In this document: one piece after another, positions 60,401 through 64,000 of the stretch
How positions within the stretch are numbered: position 1 is the first letter of the stretch
Layout: every line of letters starts with the position of its first letter
Source: Rebecca billardiae RCC1528
Lineage: Eukaryota > Protista > Haptophyta
Reading direction: 5' to 3'
Length of the DNA: 64,000 nucleotides
Assembly: GCA_965240325.2 (NCBI GenBank)
Contig: OZ251252.1
Coordinates: 62,001 to 126,000 of the forward strand
Notes under the pieces: model-generated
Seen by the model: only the letters and a program-made list of their open reading frames with translations
The model's database searches: none
What the model was told of the DNA's origin: nothing
Position numbers and translations under genes: made by a program

Positions 60401-60950
60401 GCGCGCGGCGAGCGCGGTCTCGCGCGGCCGTGCCGGGCGCAGCCGCAGCAAGTTAGTCTGATGCAAATTCCCGGTCACCCATGCAAAAGTAAGCGTTCCC
60501 GCTGCGCATGTGCGTGCATCACGAGTAACCCGCCGCCTGAATAACAACTCCGCGCCCCTCCATACACTTCCTGCATCCCCGCGCGCAGCGGCGTGCGGGC
60601 GGGCGCGAATTCGCACCGTGTTACGAACAGACCTAGCAAAGTAGATCGGTGTGGCGCGTCGGGACGCGGAGCGGGTGCGGGGCAGGCGGGGGATAGGTTG
60701 GGGAACACCCGCGATTAGAGCACCGGTGGCGCAGCGGCGACGTGGACGCCGCCACACGCGCACGCACGGCGCGCGCTCGCACCGCGAGTCGAACGTCCGC
60801 TCGCCAAGCCCTGCGACGGCGTCCGTGCGACGCCGAGCGACGAACGCTCTCGGGATTTGGCCCGGACCACCAGATTCAGCCGTTAACGGCCGAAAATTCA
60901 TTTGTTGGAGTTTCCTTAACGGCCGCTTTAAAAAAGAAATCGTTGCTGTG
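57416..60950. mobile_element. CACAG...CTGTG DNA transposon (3.5 kb) with 34-bp TIRs in a TA run
   Basis: TIR CACAGCAACGA(C/T)TTCTTTTTTAAAGCGGCCGTTA at 57416-57449 and 60917-60950 (1 mismatch); ATATAT flanks on both sides. Confidence 0.9.
57575..60277 (-). pseudogene. Disrupted ORF of unknown family inside the CACAG element
   Basis: Protein-like blocks (EMLKLRAREAASEVDHSIMPNENYLAEVKRSVNSL..., IVRNYEGVALASSE..., RLVQLADEQVQGHFVQV...RKLLREEAGL) are separated by in-frame TGA/TAG, frameshifts and a Gly/Ala low-complexity repeat. Confidence 0.5.
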
Positions 60951-61055
60951 ATATATATACCATATTGCTGCGCACTGCACTACTAATGCTGCGCGCGTCG
61001 TCATCTAATATGATGCGCTGATGACGATCGCCACGACGCGACGACGCGCGACTGC

Positions 61056-61245
<190 letters not shown>

Positions 61246-64000
61246 TGAAAAATCCTTTGAGCGGCAGATCAGGCGCGGAAGTCGTTGCAAAACGATCCCG
61301 CAATAAGTATTCGCGATCCCGTATTGGCCATTGCTATCAGCGGACCGCGGTTGGCTCGCCTTCTTATTGCGCCGCGCTTCGCTCCCGGTCGAAACGCTCG
61401 CCAACCGGCAAGAGCGCGCTGGAGCCGCATCGACGAGCTCGTCGCGTCGCGAGCCGAGGGCGCACCACAACGATTCCCCGGTGGGGTGGGCGGTCATTTT
61501 CGAGAACTTCCAAATAGGGGGTCCAGCACACCAAAATAAAATCGAAAAAATGCCTCGACGGGTTTTCAAGTGGAGTGAGCGCGAGTTTCGCCATAAATTC
61601 GAGCGCCGCGAGCGTACGCGGCGAGCTGCCGGGTCGGGCTGTTCAGTGGGCTGGCGGCGACGGAGATGCACGACTGGACGGTCACCACCACCGTCGCCTC
61701 GGCGCGACAGAGCGCGTACGAGCGTCGAGAGCGCCCGATCGAGCGAGTCTACGTGACCACCATGAAGTCCCCGGACATATCGGTCGCCGGCGTCGGACAT
61801 TGAAACCGCGAGGTTGCACGCGTGCCAGTGCGTTCAAGCTGGCTCATGCGCTCGAGATGGAGGAGGGTGCTCCCCTTGCAGGTGATGCGCGCGCGCCGCG
61901 CACGCATACGGTGCGCATACGCGGTCCCCAACACATACTCCTTCCATGTGTAGCGTTCCTGCGCACGTACCTGCCCCCCTGATGGCCCCGCGGTACTCCC
62001 GCGCGCATGCTTTCCACTGCCGCATTCACTCATGCAGGCGTTGGCGAGCGCGCGCCGTCGCGTGTGCTGCCTCTCTCCGACGCCGATACGCTGAATGTAA
62101 TCATCATGATGCCTGCCGCTAGTTTCTTACCGGTGCCGGCTGCGCGAGCGCATCAACCTCCTCTCGCTGGGCGATGTCCGCGCGCTCTAGCAACAACTCA
62201 AGGCACACGAGAACGCCACGGTGCTCAGGATGGACCCAGCTCGGCAAGGATGGCCTGTTGAACAAGAAGGTGGTGCACTACTGGTTTGAATCTCTCGCGT
62301 TCCGCCTCGAGTGGCCGCTTCCTTGGCCCTGCCTGTTCTCTGTGCACGGCCGAGGCGCACGCCTGGATAGTGGGGCTGCAGCACGGATGTGCGAAGCAAA
62401 GAACGCGCACGGACGTCACGCTCACCGCGGAGCAGGCGCGCGACGCCGAGCCCGCCGGCGCCATCACGGCCGCCAACAGCCGCGCAGGCACATCCGAGGC
62501 CAAGGCGCGGCGTGAGGATCTGGCGGCGATCACAGCGGAGCAGCGCGCGGACCGCACTATGGTCAAGGCGGTGAGCACGGCGGGCGTGGCAGCAGAGTCA
62601 GAGAGCGCGAAGCTCGCCGCCGAGCAGCTCGCCGAGCCGGAGGCCGCCTCGGTGGCTGGCCGCTGCAGCCGCGGTAATCGTAGACCGGTGGTGGCCTCGC
62701 ATGGGCTCATGGGCTGGGGTAGGACGACTGGCGACGCGGCGCCGGTGCCGGCTGAGTCGCCAGTGTTGCGACCGAGCCCGCATATTCATCTCCGGCGCCC
62801 GTATTCGAACGTACCCACATATATAGACATTGATTTGAATACATATGGACTCGCATCGACCGTTAGTATGTACGGGTACACACATGCTCATATTTACGGG
62901 TATCTATCTGTATTTAAATGGGTAACATGCTCGATCTTGCTGCTGTTTCTCCTGAATTTCTACGCGCCCAGCATGGTGCGCCAAATATTCAGTCGCTGCA
63001 TCATAAATTCATTCGACTGAGTGGCAACGGTTGTCAATAAGTACTACCGACCGCATTCCGTCATCTAGCCGCCATCACGGGTGGGTACCACTTCGCTGAA
63101 TCTCTATGTGACACTAAGTGGCCGGCAGCGCGCCCGCACGACGGCGCGACGGCACGCGGAGTCGGTTTTGAGTGCTTCTGACGGCTGGGCTGGGCTGGGG
63201 GGCATACTAGAGGGCACTTCAACAGGCGACAGCCTCGACAGACACCTACATGGCAGGCCTGTCGAATACCCCCAACCGCTAGGCTGAGGGCCTGGACCCC
63301 CTATTCCAAACCGGCGTTTCCGTCCCGAACTCTAAGCCAGTAAGTTACTTGGGGTACCCCAAGTAATCGGAGTACTTTAATTCTTTCAGGCTCCCGCCAA
63401 GCGCTTTGATTAGGAGTTCCAAGCTGGCTCAAAGCTTTGCCAGCGCTCCACTGCGCGAAGCCAGGGCGAACCGCGAGCCCCGAGCTTTCGGGGGAGCTCG
63501 GAAGGTGGGCGGCTGGCAGGCGCACGGCGGTAAGCCTGCGAGCGAGGGGGGGGCGGCATTGCCCTGCGCGGTGCGCGCTGGTGTAGCTGCCGACGTGCCC
63601 GTGTAGGCGGCCTGCCAGCCTCAGATTGATTGGTTGCGTCCCACTGCGCCGTGCCCCCCGTCACCCAGCGTCGCTTGGGTACAGTCTCGGCCTCTCGCGG
63701 GAAAGCGGCGCCGCCCTGTGGCGGCGGGCCGCAAGATGAGATCGTGGTGCACTGCTGGGCTGACGCGCGGCGCGCTGTGCAGCTTGGCGTGGCTATGTAC
63801 ACATGCAATCGCGATGTGCTGTCCCCCGTAGTCACGACAAGTACGCCACCAGTCCAAGCACGCACGTCCAGGAGGCCGCCTGCGCCATACAGCTTCAGCG
63901 CGGAACCGCCGCACCCGCGACGCGATGGCGACACAGATGGACAATGCCTCAAACGTCTGCATGCTCATGCGACATTGCTGGTTGCAGGATGTGCGCATGG

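Overview
Very GC-rich eukaryotic genomic DNA with short GC-rich spliceosomal introns (GTGCGC...CGCGCAG). The style and the plastid-targeted CYP97 suggest a haptophyte such as Diacronema/Pavlova (inference). Most long six-frame ORFs are artefacts of GC richness and stop-free introns. Supported genes: 3' end of IFT74, a TM + RING-H2 E3 ligase, a VIT1/CCC1 iron transporter, a CYP97 carotenoid hydroxylase, a nucleoside-hydrolase/TM/TIR-like fusion, a CBP/p300-type acetyltransferase with an RST-like N-terminus, and a 2xLamG + methyltransferase-like protein. Intergenic DNA is rich in non-autonomous DNA transposons. The most striking is an 8.2-kb foldback element (707-8938) with ~3.7-kb inverted arms built of 214-bp tandem repeats and a 9-bp TSD. 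There are also two CACAG...CTGTG elements sitting in (TA)n, one with bipartite RSS-like termini, a TAGGG...CCCTA element, a 221-bp satellite array and a self-complementary palindrome array.
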